In this document: in pieces, positions 1 through 8,345 of the stretch
Layout: each line of letters starts with the position of its first letter
Numbering within the stretch: the first letter of the stretch is position 1
IMG/VR virus record: IMGVR_UViG_3300044811_000050
Length of the DNA stretch: 64,000 bases
Strand: one strand, 5' to 3'
DNA from: a virus
Translations under genes and position numbers: made by a program
The notes under the pieces: generated by a model
Told to the model about the DNA's origin: nothing
The model's input: the letters and a program-made list of their open reading frames with translations, nothing else
Database searches by the model: none

Positions 1-65
1 TCGAACCGGTCTACACGGTCGACGAGGACAGCTGGCGGATGGTGCTGAGCCGGAAGGTGGCCTGA
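1..65 (+). CDS. 3' end of upstream virion gene (partial)
   Basis: Open frame EPVYTVDEDSWRMVLSRKVA* ending at TGA 63-65, 3 nt before the next ATG. Confidence 0.5.
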   Translation, partial: EPVYTVDEDSWRMVLSRKVA

Positions 66-68
66 GCC

Positions 69-755
69 ATGTACCTAGAGGTCCTGATGACCGCCGCCCT
101 GGAGGCGATGCAGGCCACCTTCGACGAGGACTACCCGGAGCCCGACTTCCGAGGCATCAAGATCAGCCTGGAGTACCCCGTCGACCGGACCGACTACCCG
201 GGCATCTGGATCAACTTCGACGACACCGACGAGCTGACCATCGCCGGCATCGGGCACACCGAGTTCGTCACGGTCGACGGAAGCCCCTCCCCGGTCACCC
301 GATGGCGCTTCGCCGGCACCCTGACCTTCACCGTGGCCACGCTGTCCTCGCTGGAGCGGGCCCGGCTCTACGACGAGCTGGTCAAGGTGATCGCCTTCGC
401 CCGGGTGAAGGAGTCGGTCTCGGAGTTCCGCAACAAGATCGAGAACAACGACCTGCTGGCGATGAACGCCAACTTCGACCTGATGCGCCCCTCCGGCGAC
501 AACGCCGCGCCGGGCACCCCGTGGGGCACCGACGAGTTCATCTACGAGAAGTCGATCTCTATCGACCTGATCGGGGAGTTCGTCTCCGACCCGGAGATGA
601 CCCTGGTCTCGCTGGGGGAGATCATCGTGAAGGGCTACCCCGAGAGCACCCCGGAGCCCCCGTTCACCAGCCCGCCCGCCGAAGAGTTGGACCCGGGGCT
701 ACCCGATTCGGTCCCCTCCGGCTTCGAGGCGCACACGCCTCGGGACTGGCATTAG
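69..755 (+). CDS. putative tail terminator/completion protein
   Basis: 228 aa ORF with strong GC3 bias directly upstream of the tail sheath; function inferred from position. Confidence 0.55.
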   Translation: MYLEVLMTAALEAMQATFDEDYPEPDFRGIKISLEYPVDRTDYPGIWINFDDTDELTIAGIGHTEFVTVDGSPSPVTRWRFAGTLTFTVATLSSLERARLYDELVKVIAFARVKESVSEFRNKIENNDLLAMNANFDLMRPSGDNAAPGTPWGTDEFIYEKSISIDLIGEFVSDPEMTLVSLGEIIVKGYPESTPEPPFTSPPAEELDPGLPDSVPSGFEAHTPRDWH

Positions 756-759
756 GGGT

Positions 760-800
760 CCTGTCCCTCATCCGGCCAGACCGGAACAAGAGGTGAAGGG
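760..800 (+). promoter_or_regulatory. conserved putative late promoter CCTGY-N23-AAGAGGTGA(A/G)GGG, copy 1
   Basis: CCTGT at 760 and AAGAGGTGAAGGG at 788; same 28-nt offset at 12254 and 56485. Confidence 0.65.
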
Positions 801-831
801 GTCAGGTGGACGCATGAAGGTGGGTTGGTAA

Positions 832-2367
832 ATGCCGGACTTCACTCGTTATGTGCCGCCTGGCGTTTACGTCGATTCAGGTTCTGTTCCGACGATCGCC
901 CCTGTCGGCGTTGATCCGACCATTGTGGCCCTTATCGGTGCGGGCGTTGGTTATCACACCTACACCGAGACCGTCTCTTTCGCCACGGCATCTTCGACGG
1001 TTCTGACCCAGAAAGGCATCAACCCTTCTTCCATCGTGGTTTCCGGGGTCATCACCGACCCGGCGGCGCCCGGTCAGACGGTGCCCTACACGTTCGCCCC
1101 GGACGTGCCCGGCACCCCGGCCGACTACTCGACCACGGTGGACAGCTCGACCGGGTTGGACAGCTCGGCGGTCACCCTGATCCGCACCACCACCGGGAAG
1201 ATCGAGATTGCGCACCCGGAAGTCACGGTCACCTACCAGTACACCGACGCGGACTACCACGCGCTGCACGCCTTCGACGACTATGACGCGCTCACCGATG
1301 TCTACGGCCAGGCCCTGAACCCCACCACCGGGGTGATCCAGAGCCCGCTCGCGTTGGGCGCCCAGATCGCCATGCAGAACGGCGCCAACCAGATCTACAC
1401 GGTGGCGCTGTCCGGGGTCGGCTCGCTGAGCCAGCAGTTCCTGGACGCCTACGGGCTGCTGGCCAACAACTACCAGGCCAACGTGGTGGTGCCGCTGATG
1501 GGCGGGCTGAGCACCGCCGCCGCCTACGCCGGCATGCTCCAGAGCTTCAAGGGGCTGCTGGAGGCCGACGCGCGCAGCGGGTTCCTGCGGATGGCCATCA
1601 TCGGCTCGGACAAGGCCTACGACCCGACCACCTCGGAGCTGGCCCAGGTCGCCGCGCAGACCAGCTCCAGCCGCATCGTCATCCCCTGGCCGAACCGGCT
1701 GAACGTCTACAACGGCGTGATCAACCAGACCATCGAGGTCGACGGCTACTACCTGGCGGCGGCCTACGCCGGCATGCTCGCGGCCCGGACCCACCAGATG
1801 CCGCTGACCCGCAAGTACCCGAACAGCTTCATCGGGCTGCCCGCCACGGTGCAGCAGAGCCTGACCAAGCTGGCCAAGAACCAGCTGTCCAGCTCCGGGG
1901 TGTGCGTCACCGAGCAGGACCGCAACGGCCGGCTGGTCATCCGACACGGGCTGACCACCGACTACTCCGGCGGCATCCTCAACCGGGAGATCAGCCTGGT
2001 GCGGGCGCAGGACGCGCTCTACTACCTGATCCAGGAGACGCTCGACTCGGCCGGCCTGATCGGCATCCCGATCCAGGCCGACACCGGCCTGCGGGTGAAG
2101 TCGGTCGTGTCCGGCGGCCTGGAGCAGGCCATCACCGCCGGCCTGATCGTCGGCTACAACAACCTGAAGGTGCGCCAGCAGAGCCCGCCGTCGGGTGACC
2201 CGACGGTGATCGAGGTCAAGTTCGCCTACAAGCCGAGCTGGCCGCTCAACTACATCCTGGTCAGCTTCACCGTCGACACCTCCACCGGTGAGTCGACGCT
2301 GACCACGCAGAGCCCCAACGCGATCTCGGACTCGTCGACCAACGCCAGCGCGGCTTCCGGCGGCTGA
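832..2367 (+). CDS. contractile tail sheath protein
   Basis: N-terminal YVPPGVYV motif and C-terminal YKPSWPLNYILVSF motif typical of sheath proteins; 511 aa. Confidence 0.9.
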   Translation: MPDFTRYVPPGVYVDSGSVPTIAPVGVDPTIVALIGAGVGYHTYTETVSFATASSTVLTQKGINPSSIVVSGVITDPAAPGQTVPYTFAPDVPGTPADYSTTVDSSTGLDSSAVTLIRTTTGKIEIAHPEVTVTYQYTDADYHALHAFDDYDALTDVYGQALNPTTGVIQSPLALGAQIAMQNGANQIYTVALSGVGSLSQQFLDAYGLLANNYQANVVVPLMGGLSTAAAYAGMLQSFKGLLEADARSGFLRMAIIGSDKAYDPTTSELAQVAAQTSSSRIVIPWPNRLNVYNGVINQTIEVDGYYLAAAYAGMLAARTHQMPLTRKYPNSFIGLPATVQQSLTKLAKNQLSSSGVCVTEQDRNGRLVIRHGLTTDYSGGILNREISLVRAQDALYYLIQETLDSAGLIGIPIQADTGLRVKSVVSGGLEQAITAGLIVGYNNLKVRQQSPPSGDPTVIEVKFAYKPSWPLNYILVSFTVDTSTGESTLTTQSPNAISDSSTNASAASGG

Positions 2368-2382
2368 TAGGAGCTATGAACG

Positions 2383-2871
2383 ATGCCTAACACCCAGGTG
2401 AGGGTCGTCGGCTCCGGCTTTACGACCTTCAGCTACCAGGGTCACCCGATCGCGTTCCTGGAGGGCGTGGAGGACTCCGGTCAGCGCGCGTTCTCCGACG
2501 CCGGCCAGGGTTACCAGTTCATCCACCCGCTGGGCTACACCCACCCCATCGAGATCGCCACCAGCCGCGTACTGGCCGGCGGCACGCTGAACCTGACCAT
2601 CCGCGAGCTGTGGAACACCTGGGTGTGGGAGCAGCTCCAGGGTCTGGCCGGAACCTCCAACATCGTGGATGTGTTCCGGGTACTGGCCGCTAACCCGGCT
2701 TACGTGACCTGCCAAACGATCATCCAGCCGCCGGGGTCCTCCCGGCCGCGCGGGAAGACCTACCACAACTGCGTCGTCGTGGACATCGCGGACAACGACA
2801 CGATCACCGTGGGCGCGCTCGCGGTGACCAAGGGCATCGTCGTCGCATACACCCACAGCTCGGCCCTGTGA
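2383..2871 (+). CDS. tail tube protein
   Basis: 162 aa beta-rich ORF right after the sheath, GGAG RBS; HPIEI and YHNCVV resemble myovirus tube proteins. Confidence 0.75.
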   Translation: MPNTQVRVVGSGFTTFSYQGHPIAFLEGVEDSGQRAFSDAGQGYQFIHPLGYTHPIEIATSRVLAGGTLNLTIRELWNTWVWEQLQGLAGTSNIVDVFRVLAANPAYVTCQTIIQPPGSSRPRGKTYHNCVVVDIADNDTITVGALAVTKGIVVAYTHSSAL

Positions 2872-2908
2872 GTTGATCACCTGTTGTGGGTGTTGAGAGG
2901 AGCCGCCG

Positions 2909-3481
2909 TTGACCAACCCCGATGAAGCGCTGATCGAGCCATCACTCCAAGCTGCTTCAGCCGCCGCCGCCACTACCGGCCCTCCCCCGTCGAGCGAGAC
3001 TCCGGGGCACCTCCAGGAGCCACCAGAGCGGACCGGATCTGAACAAGAGCAGCCCGACAAAGAAGACCCGTTGCCGCCGACTGAGTTCGACGAACGGTGC
3101 AAGGAACCCTTCACGGGACTGATCTACCTGGGCGCGCTGGACGACGAGTTCAGCATCTGGGGCCACCGATTCCGAATCGCCACTCCCAGCCAGGCCGAGA
3201 AGATCCAGATGGGCCTCCTGCACGCGCCGTACGCCGGCACCATGGCCTCCGAGGTCGCGTACCAAACACTCATGGTGGCCGCGTTCCTGGTCTCCGTCGA
3301 TGATCACGAGCTACCCAAGCCCGTGCTCAACGACGCGAAGGAGAACCGGGTCCGAGACCGTTACGAGTGGGTCGCCGAGAACTTGCGCCAGCCCGTCATC
3401 GACGAGGTGTTCTCCCGGTGCATGGTCTTGGAAGGGCAGGTGCGCGACGTATTGCAGGCCATGGGGGAAGCACGGGGCTAG
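2909..3481 (+). CDS. tail assembly chaperone (G-like)
   Basis: Lies between tube and tape measure; slippery GGGGGAA near its 3' end. Confidence 0.75.
   Translation: MTNPDEALIEPSLQAASAAAATTGPPPSSETPGHLQEPPERTGSEQEQPDKEDPLPPTEFDERCKEPFTGLIYLGALDDEFSIWGHRFRIATPSQAEKIQMGLLHAPYAGTMASEVAYQTLMVAAFLVSVDDHELPKPVLNDAKENRVRDRYEWVAENLRQPVIDEVFSRCMVLEGQVRDVLQAMGEARG
3463..3469 (+). other. programmed -1 ribosomal frameshift site G GGG GAA
   Basis: ATG GGG GAA GCA in frame 0; the -1 frame stays open (GGSTGLVAVDTYL...) to 3918; known mycobacteriophage slippery heptamer. Confidence 0.8.
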
Positions 3482-3918
3482 TCGCGGTAGATACCTACCT
3501 GCGGACTCATCTGCGACTAGCCGAGCGCCAAGGTCTTCTGCAAGGAAAGCACATCTCGCCGGTGCAATCTGCGGCTTTAATCCTGCTCAATCATCTCGAT
3601 GAGCTGGAAAAGGCAAAAGATCGCAGCGTCGCATTCCGGCGGGCATTGCTGTCTCGGGTCGAGACGGACATTCAGAAACTCTTCCCCGAGTACTTCCCGG
3701 AACCCGAACCGAAGGAGGAACCAACAGAGACCGGAGGCGTCGTCCCAGACGACTACAAGGACGTCGAATGGATGTCGCCGAAGGACGCCAACGCGGAATG
3801 GGAGCGCATGTCGAAGCTCCTCGCGGCCGGCGGACGTGGCGTTTTGAACGGCGAAGAAGTGGTCGGTACCGCGCAGGAACGGCCGCTGGACGACATCGAG
3901 TGGACCGAGTGGAGGTGA
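3463..3918 (+). CDS. tail assembly chaperone frameshift extension (T-like part of G-T)
   Basis: -1 frame ORF (track 3367..3918) entered at the slippery site, ending just before the tape measure. Confidence 0.75.
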   Translation, partial: GGSTGLVAVDTYLRTHLRLAERQGLLQGKHISPVQSAALILLNHLDELEKAKDRSVAFRRALLSRVETDIQKLFPEYFPEPEPKEEPTETGGVVPDDYKDVEWMSPKDANAEWERMSKLLAAGGRGVLNGEEVVGTAQERPLDDIEWTEWR

Positions 3919-3922
3919 CCAG

Positions 3923-6547
3923 GTGGCCGGACGACATCGTGAGCCCAGCCGGATGGAGAACATCCAGGCAGCCGCGCGCCGGAAGATCGGCGGCGATCCA
4001 CGCCTCGGTGCTGGTGGCACGGCGGATCGCCCCTGGCACGTGGTCATCGACGACGCGGCGGACAAGTTCTTCGACTCCTTCCGGGCGCCCAGCTCCGACC
4101 AGGGCCCGCAGCGACCGGGGGAGCAGGGTGGGCGCACCGGGGAGGCCATGTTCCGCACCGTGCTGGCCGATCAGCAGGTGGCCGCGCAGGTAGCCCGGGA
4201 GACCGCCACCCAGCTCAAGACGGCGGCCAGCATGGCGGCGCAGTTCTCCGGTGAGCTGGGCCGGTTCACCACCGCGCTGAAGGCCCAGCAGGACGTGGAG
4301 CGCCAGCGGATCTCCGACGTGCTGGACCGTATCGAGCGCACCTTCGGCGGTGGCGGTAGCGGGGGCGGAACGGGCCCCTCAGCTGCCCCCAGAACGACCG
4401 GCGGCGGGGCCGGGTCTCCACGCTCGACCGGGGGCGGTTCCACGCGTCCCGCTGGCCCTGGGCGGCCAGCGCCGCCTGATATGAGCCACGCGAAGCTCAG
4501 CACCCATCAGGCGGCGGCCCACCGGATGAGTCACGGCGGGCTGCGCCGGCAGATCCTGCAACAGACCGGCGAGAGCTACCACCAGGCGTACGGCCAGGGC
4601 ACCGACCAGTCGCCGACCGTGGTCGCCATGCGCGACGCCAATGGCCAGGTCACCCACTACGAGGAGCGCGACGGCGCCGGGCAGCTGCTCAGCACGACGA
4701 GCGTGGACGATCCGCTGGCGCCCAGCATGGCCCGGCGCGCGATGCACGCGTTGACCGTCTCCCGGATGGCCGGCGCGCTCGCCTCCGGCAAGGGAGCCGG
4801 CGGCATCCTGCGGGCCGGCGCCGGGGGCATCGTCTCCGGGGTCTCCGGCTCCGGCGCGGTAGCCGGCGGGGTCGGCATGGCGGCCAAGATCGGCACCCGG
4901 GCCATCCCGTTCATCGGCACCGCGATGATGGTCGGCGACGCGGCCACCAGCGTGCTGCGCTTCGAGCAGGAGCAGCGCGCGAAGAACGCCTACTACCAGT
5001 CCATCCAGGGCGGCAGCAACGCCGCCGGCTTCGGTCAGCGGTTCCAGGAGGAAGGCTTCACCTGGGCCGAGATGTTCCGGGGCGGACTCCAGGACGACGC
5101 GGCCCGGCAGCTGTTCAAGGGCACCAGCGAGCTGGGGTTCAAGGACTCCGAGCGGTCCCGGATGCTCCAGTTCGGCTCGCAGAACTACCGCCAGATGGGG
5201 ATGGGCGTCGACCAGTCGCTGAAGGCCATCCAGATCGCCTCCTCGGGCGCCAACTCCAGCCTGGCCGGGGTGAGCAAGGCGCTGACCGACGTGACCAAGA
5301 CGGCGCGCCTGACCGGCCAGTCGGCCGACGTGATGCGGGACAAGTTCCTCGGCGTCATGGCCGTCGCCACGTCCGCCGGCTACGGCGCGGCGGCCCCCGA
5401 GGTGGCCAGCATCCTCACCCAGGCCGGGCCGGGCCGAGGCCGGGACATGGCCGGGGTGGACTACTCGGGGATGTTCTCCGAGACCCAGCAGCGGCTGCAA
5501 GCCGGTCAGATGGGGCTCAGCTACGGCCAGCTGGTCGCGCAGAACGCGAGCGGCAACGTCGCCCCGGGGCTGGAGGCGAAGGACAAGCAGCTCAAGTCGG
5601 CGGTGCAGAACACGCTCAGCCCCGCCGCGAAACGGATGATGGACGAAAAGATCAAAGCGGCTGGTGGCATCGAGGCGGTGCAGAACAATCCGGGACTGCG
5701 CCGGCAGATCGCCATCGACGTGATGAACGACCCGCGCTCGGGCATGGACCCCGGCATCATCAAGGCGATGGCCGGGGTCTATGGCGTCGACCTGGGTGAA
5801 GACCCGATGGCGGCCGGTGAGTGGGCGGTTGACCAGTACTCCGGCGGCGGCGCGATGGGCCCCAAGGCCAAGGCGGACGAGGCCGCCAAGCAGCAGCGGG
5901 ACATGGTCGACACCGATCGCCCCTGGGACGGCAGCTGGGGCCAGAGCAAGTTCGTCGGGGACAACAAGGCCAGCCAACTGTCCAAGGTCGACGTGTTCGG
6001 CTGGTTCACCGGCGAGGAGAAGAACAAGGACAAGGCCGTCCAGGCCTACGCGGACCGCCAGGGCAGCACCGGCAAGGTGGACCCCGCCATCGAGGCGATG
6101 ATCACCCAGTTGGGCGGCATGTCCGAGGTCGGCATCGAGGTGCAGACCAAAGACGGCCCGAAGGTGGTCAGCCAGTCCGACGCGATCAAGTACTACTCCG
6201 ATCAGGTCGCCAGCGGCCAGGCCACCATCGTGGGCGGCCCGGCCGACATCTCCGGCCGCAAGCTCGGCGAGGTCACCCAGACCACCGAGGGCAACTACCA
6301 GGGCGAATCCTCGGTCGGCAAGTCGGCCCAGGGCGACGCCTTCAGCGAGAAGGATTGGCGCAAAGATCATCCCTCCGGGACCGCCGCCGACGACACCGGC
6401 GGCAGCGGCAAGGTCACCATCGAGTTGTCCGACGAAGCCAAGCGGCTGTTCAAGATCGGCACCGTGTCCGGCAACGTCACCAACGGCCAGGTGGAAGCCG
6501 GCGCCGGGGCCGGCGTACCGCCCGCGCTTAGCCCGGGGCTGCGCTGA
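3923..6547 (+). CDS. tape measure protein
   Basis: 874 aa, Ala/Gly-rich, predicted helical; follows the frameshifted chaperones; GGAGG RBS. Confidence 0.75.
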   Translation: MAGRHREPSRMENIQAAARRKIGGDPRLGAGGTADRPWHVVIDDAADKFFDSFRAPSSDQGPQRPGEQGGRTGEAMFRTVLADQQVAAQVARETATQLKTAASMAAQFSGELGRFTTALKAQQDVERQRISDVLDRIERTFGGGGSGGGTGPSAAPRTTGGGAGSPRSTGGGSTRPAGPGRPAPPDMSHAKLSTHQAAAHRMSHGGLRRQILQQTGESYHQAYGQGTDQSPTVVAMRDANGQVTHYEERDGAGQLLSTTSVDDPLAPSMARRAMHALTVSRMAGALASGKGAGGILRAGAGGIVSGVSGSGAVAGGVGMAAKIGTRAIPFIGTAMMVGDAATSVLRFEQEQRAKNAYYQSIQGGSNAAGFGQRFQEEGFTWAEMFRGGLQDDAARQLFKGTSELGFKDSERSRMLQFGSQNYRQMGMGVDQSLKAIQIASSGANSSLAGVSKALTDVTKTARLTGQSADVMRDKFLGVMAVATSAGYGAAAPEVASILTQAGPGRGRDMAGVDYSGMFSETQQRLQAGQMGLSYGQLVAQNASGNVAPGLEAKDKQLKSAVQNTLSPAAKRMMDEKIKAAGGIEAVQNNPGLRRQIAIDVMNDPRSGMDPGIIKAMAGVYGVDLGEDPMAAGEWAVDQYSGGGAMGPKAKADEAAKQQRDMVDTDRPWDGSWGQSKFVGDNKASQLSKVDVFGWFTGEEKNKDKAVQAYADRQGSTGKVDPAIEAMITQLGGMSEVGIEVQTKDGPKVVSQSDAIKYYSDQVASGQATIVGGPADISGRKLGEVTQTTEGNYQGESSVGKSAQGDAFSEKDWRKDHPSGTAADDTGGSGKVTIELSDEAKRLFKIGTVSGNVTNGQVEAGAGAGVPPALSPGLR

Positions 6548-7401
6548 TGGGTTACTGCTCGCTGGGTAACTACCAGTTCCGGATCGCCCCCTCCAACGTG
6601 GTGTTCCCGTTCGAGGTCGACTCCGTGGTTATCCCCACGGTGGGCGGCCGGGTGGTGCAGGTCTACGGCGTGACCATCGGCGACATGATCGTCCAAGGTC
6701 TGTTCGGCCAGGAACGTGGCACCGGCGGCAGCCGCGACTCCTGGGAGTTGGCCGAAGAGTTCCAGGCCGCCATGGCCAACATCGTCAAGGCGCAGAGCGC
6801 GGCGCCCAGCACCGGGCAGCTGACCGGCTACGACCCGAAGACCATGCACCCGCCGGTCCGGTTCCTGTTCAACGACGACTCAGCGGATCGGCGCGCCGCC
6901 GGGCTCCCCATTCACAACTGGGACTTCCAGGTCTACGTCAAGAGGCTTCAGGACTCGACCAACCAGGGATTTGTGGTCGAGCATTCCACCGGCAAGTTCT
7001 CCTACGGATACACGCTGACTCTCTTCATTGTCGAAGATAACTCTCGCATTCTGCGCCAGGTGGCGGTCGACAAGTTCATTGAAAGATTGGCCACCGGCGT
7101 CGGCTGGAAGCGCACCGAATACAACGGGCCGATGACCATGGAGGACCTGGACAAGTACGTCAAGGAGAATTCTCCGGACGGCTCGATCCATGGCCTGGTT
7201 CTGAAGCGATACCAGGAAGCGTCCTCCGGAAGCACGGCTGGATTCGGACTCACGGCGGGGGGAGATGCCACAGCTGCGGCGGCGCAAGCGGTCGCGCCGA
7301 AACTCGGTCCAGACGGCAAGCCATTGCCTGCCACGCCCGGGACGCCGGGGGCAACCACCCCGCCCGCATCCGGTGGCACAACACCCAACAGTCCTCGGTA
7401 A
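6547..7401 (+). CDS. tail/baseplate protein (tube initiator-like)
   Basis: TGATG overlap with the tape measure; YQFRIAPSNV..VIPTVGGRVVQVYG pattern. Confidence 0.55.
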   Translation: MGYCSLGNYQFRIAPSNVVFPFEVDSVVIPTVGGRVVQVYGVTIGDMIVQGLFGQERGTGGSRDSWELAEEFQAAMANIVKAQSAAPSTGQLTGYDPKTMHPPVRFLFNDDSADRRAAGLPIHNWDFQVYVKRLQDSTNQGFVVEHSTGKFSYGYTLTLFIVEDNSRILRQVAVDKFIERLATGVGWKRTEYNGPMTMEDLDKYVKENSPDGSIHGLVLKRYQEASSGSTAGFGLTAGGDATAAAAQAVAPKLGPDGKPLPATPGTPGATTPPASGGTTPNSPR

Positions 7402-7412
7402 TCAAGGAGAAA

Positions 7413-7631
7413 ATGATGGCAGGGGCAGACTTTGTCGGGATTTCTTGGGGGGCCGACACGGATATCTCCATGCCCGAACCGTTGACCCGCGCAGGGCTGG
7501 TCGACATGGGTGGCTTCACGTTCACCATCCGAGGTATCGCGCATGACTTCACCGAGGCTGACCGCGAGGTCTACCTGATCCCGACGTTCGCCCCGGACCC
7601 CTGGGGCATGGCCGGCGAGGTGGTGCCCTGA
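7413..7631 (+). CDS. hypothetical protein
   Basis: AAGGAG RBS; TGATG coupling to the next gene. Confidence 0.55.
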   Translation: MMAGADFVGISWGADTDISMPEPLTRAGLVDMGGFTFTIRGIAHDFTEADREVYLIPTFAPDPWGMAGEVVP

Positions 7632-8332
7632 TGCCCGTCCTGGAGGCTCTGGAGACCAAGGGCGTCACCGGCGGCACCAACTGCAATATGTCCTTCCAGT
7701 CCAGCAACGGGTCGTTCGCCATCGCCGTGCGGGTCCGGAAGCTGGCCCACAAGTGGGAGGTCATCGCCACCGAGAGCCACGCCCGCATCAACCGCGCGAT
7801 GTACCCCCACCAGCGCGCGGTCGGGCAGTTCGCGCTCACCCTGGATATGAAGGGCTACGCGGAGTTCTCCCTCTTCATGGATTTCATGATGAGTTATGTG
7901 CGAGTGGAGAACAAGCCGCCCATGCTGGTTGTGATGTCAGTCCGGAATTTCTCCCGAAAGGGTATTCCTATCAAGGGAATGTCGATGGGGGATCACGTCG
8001 GGTCCAACCTGATTCAGCCGACCATCCTCTTCGAGTCGGCGCATGATCCGCTCGATACCACCATTGTTGCGCCGTCAGACGCGTCATCCAGCGCCCAGGG
8101 CGGCAAGGCCGAGAAGGACGCGCGGAACTTCTTCTACCCGTTCTCCCCCGGCTCGGAAGACCCCAACGTTAAAGCCGAGACGATCTACGACTTCAGCGGC
8201 TACAACCAGACGGTGATGCCTCCGGGGCCCGTTCCTCCGACCAGCTTGCCCATCGGAGACGCCAACCGATCCACGCCGAATACCGACACCAACGCCATCC
8301 CCTTCCTGGGCAACGTCAGCCCCGTCGGATAA
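7631..8332 (+). CDS. tail/baseplate protein
   Basis: 233 aa translationally coupled ORF within the tail operon. Confidence 0.55.
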   Translation: MPVLEALETKGVTGGTNCNMSFQSSNGSFAIAVRVRKLAHKWEVIATESHARINRAMYPHQRAVGQFALTLDMKGYAEFSLFMDFMMSYVRVENKPPMLVVMSVRNFSRKGIPIKGMSMGDHVGSNLIQPTILFESAHDPLDTTIVAPSDASSSAQGGKAEKDARNFFYPFSPGSEDPNVKAETIYDFSGYNQTVMPPGPVPPTSLPIGDANRSTPNTDTNAIPFLGNVSPVG

Positions 8333-8345
8333 CGGAGGTGTAGCT

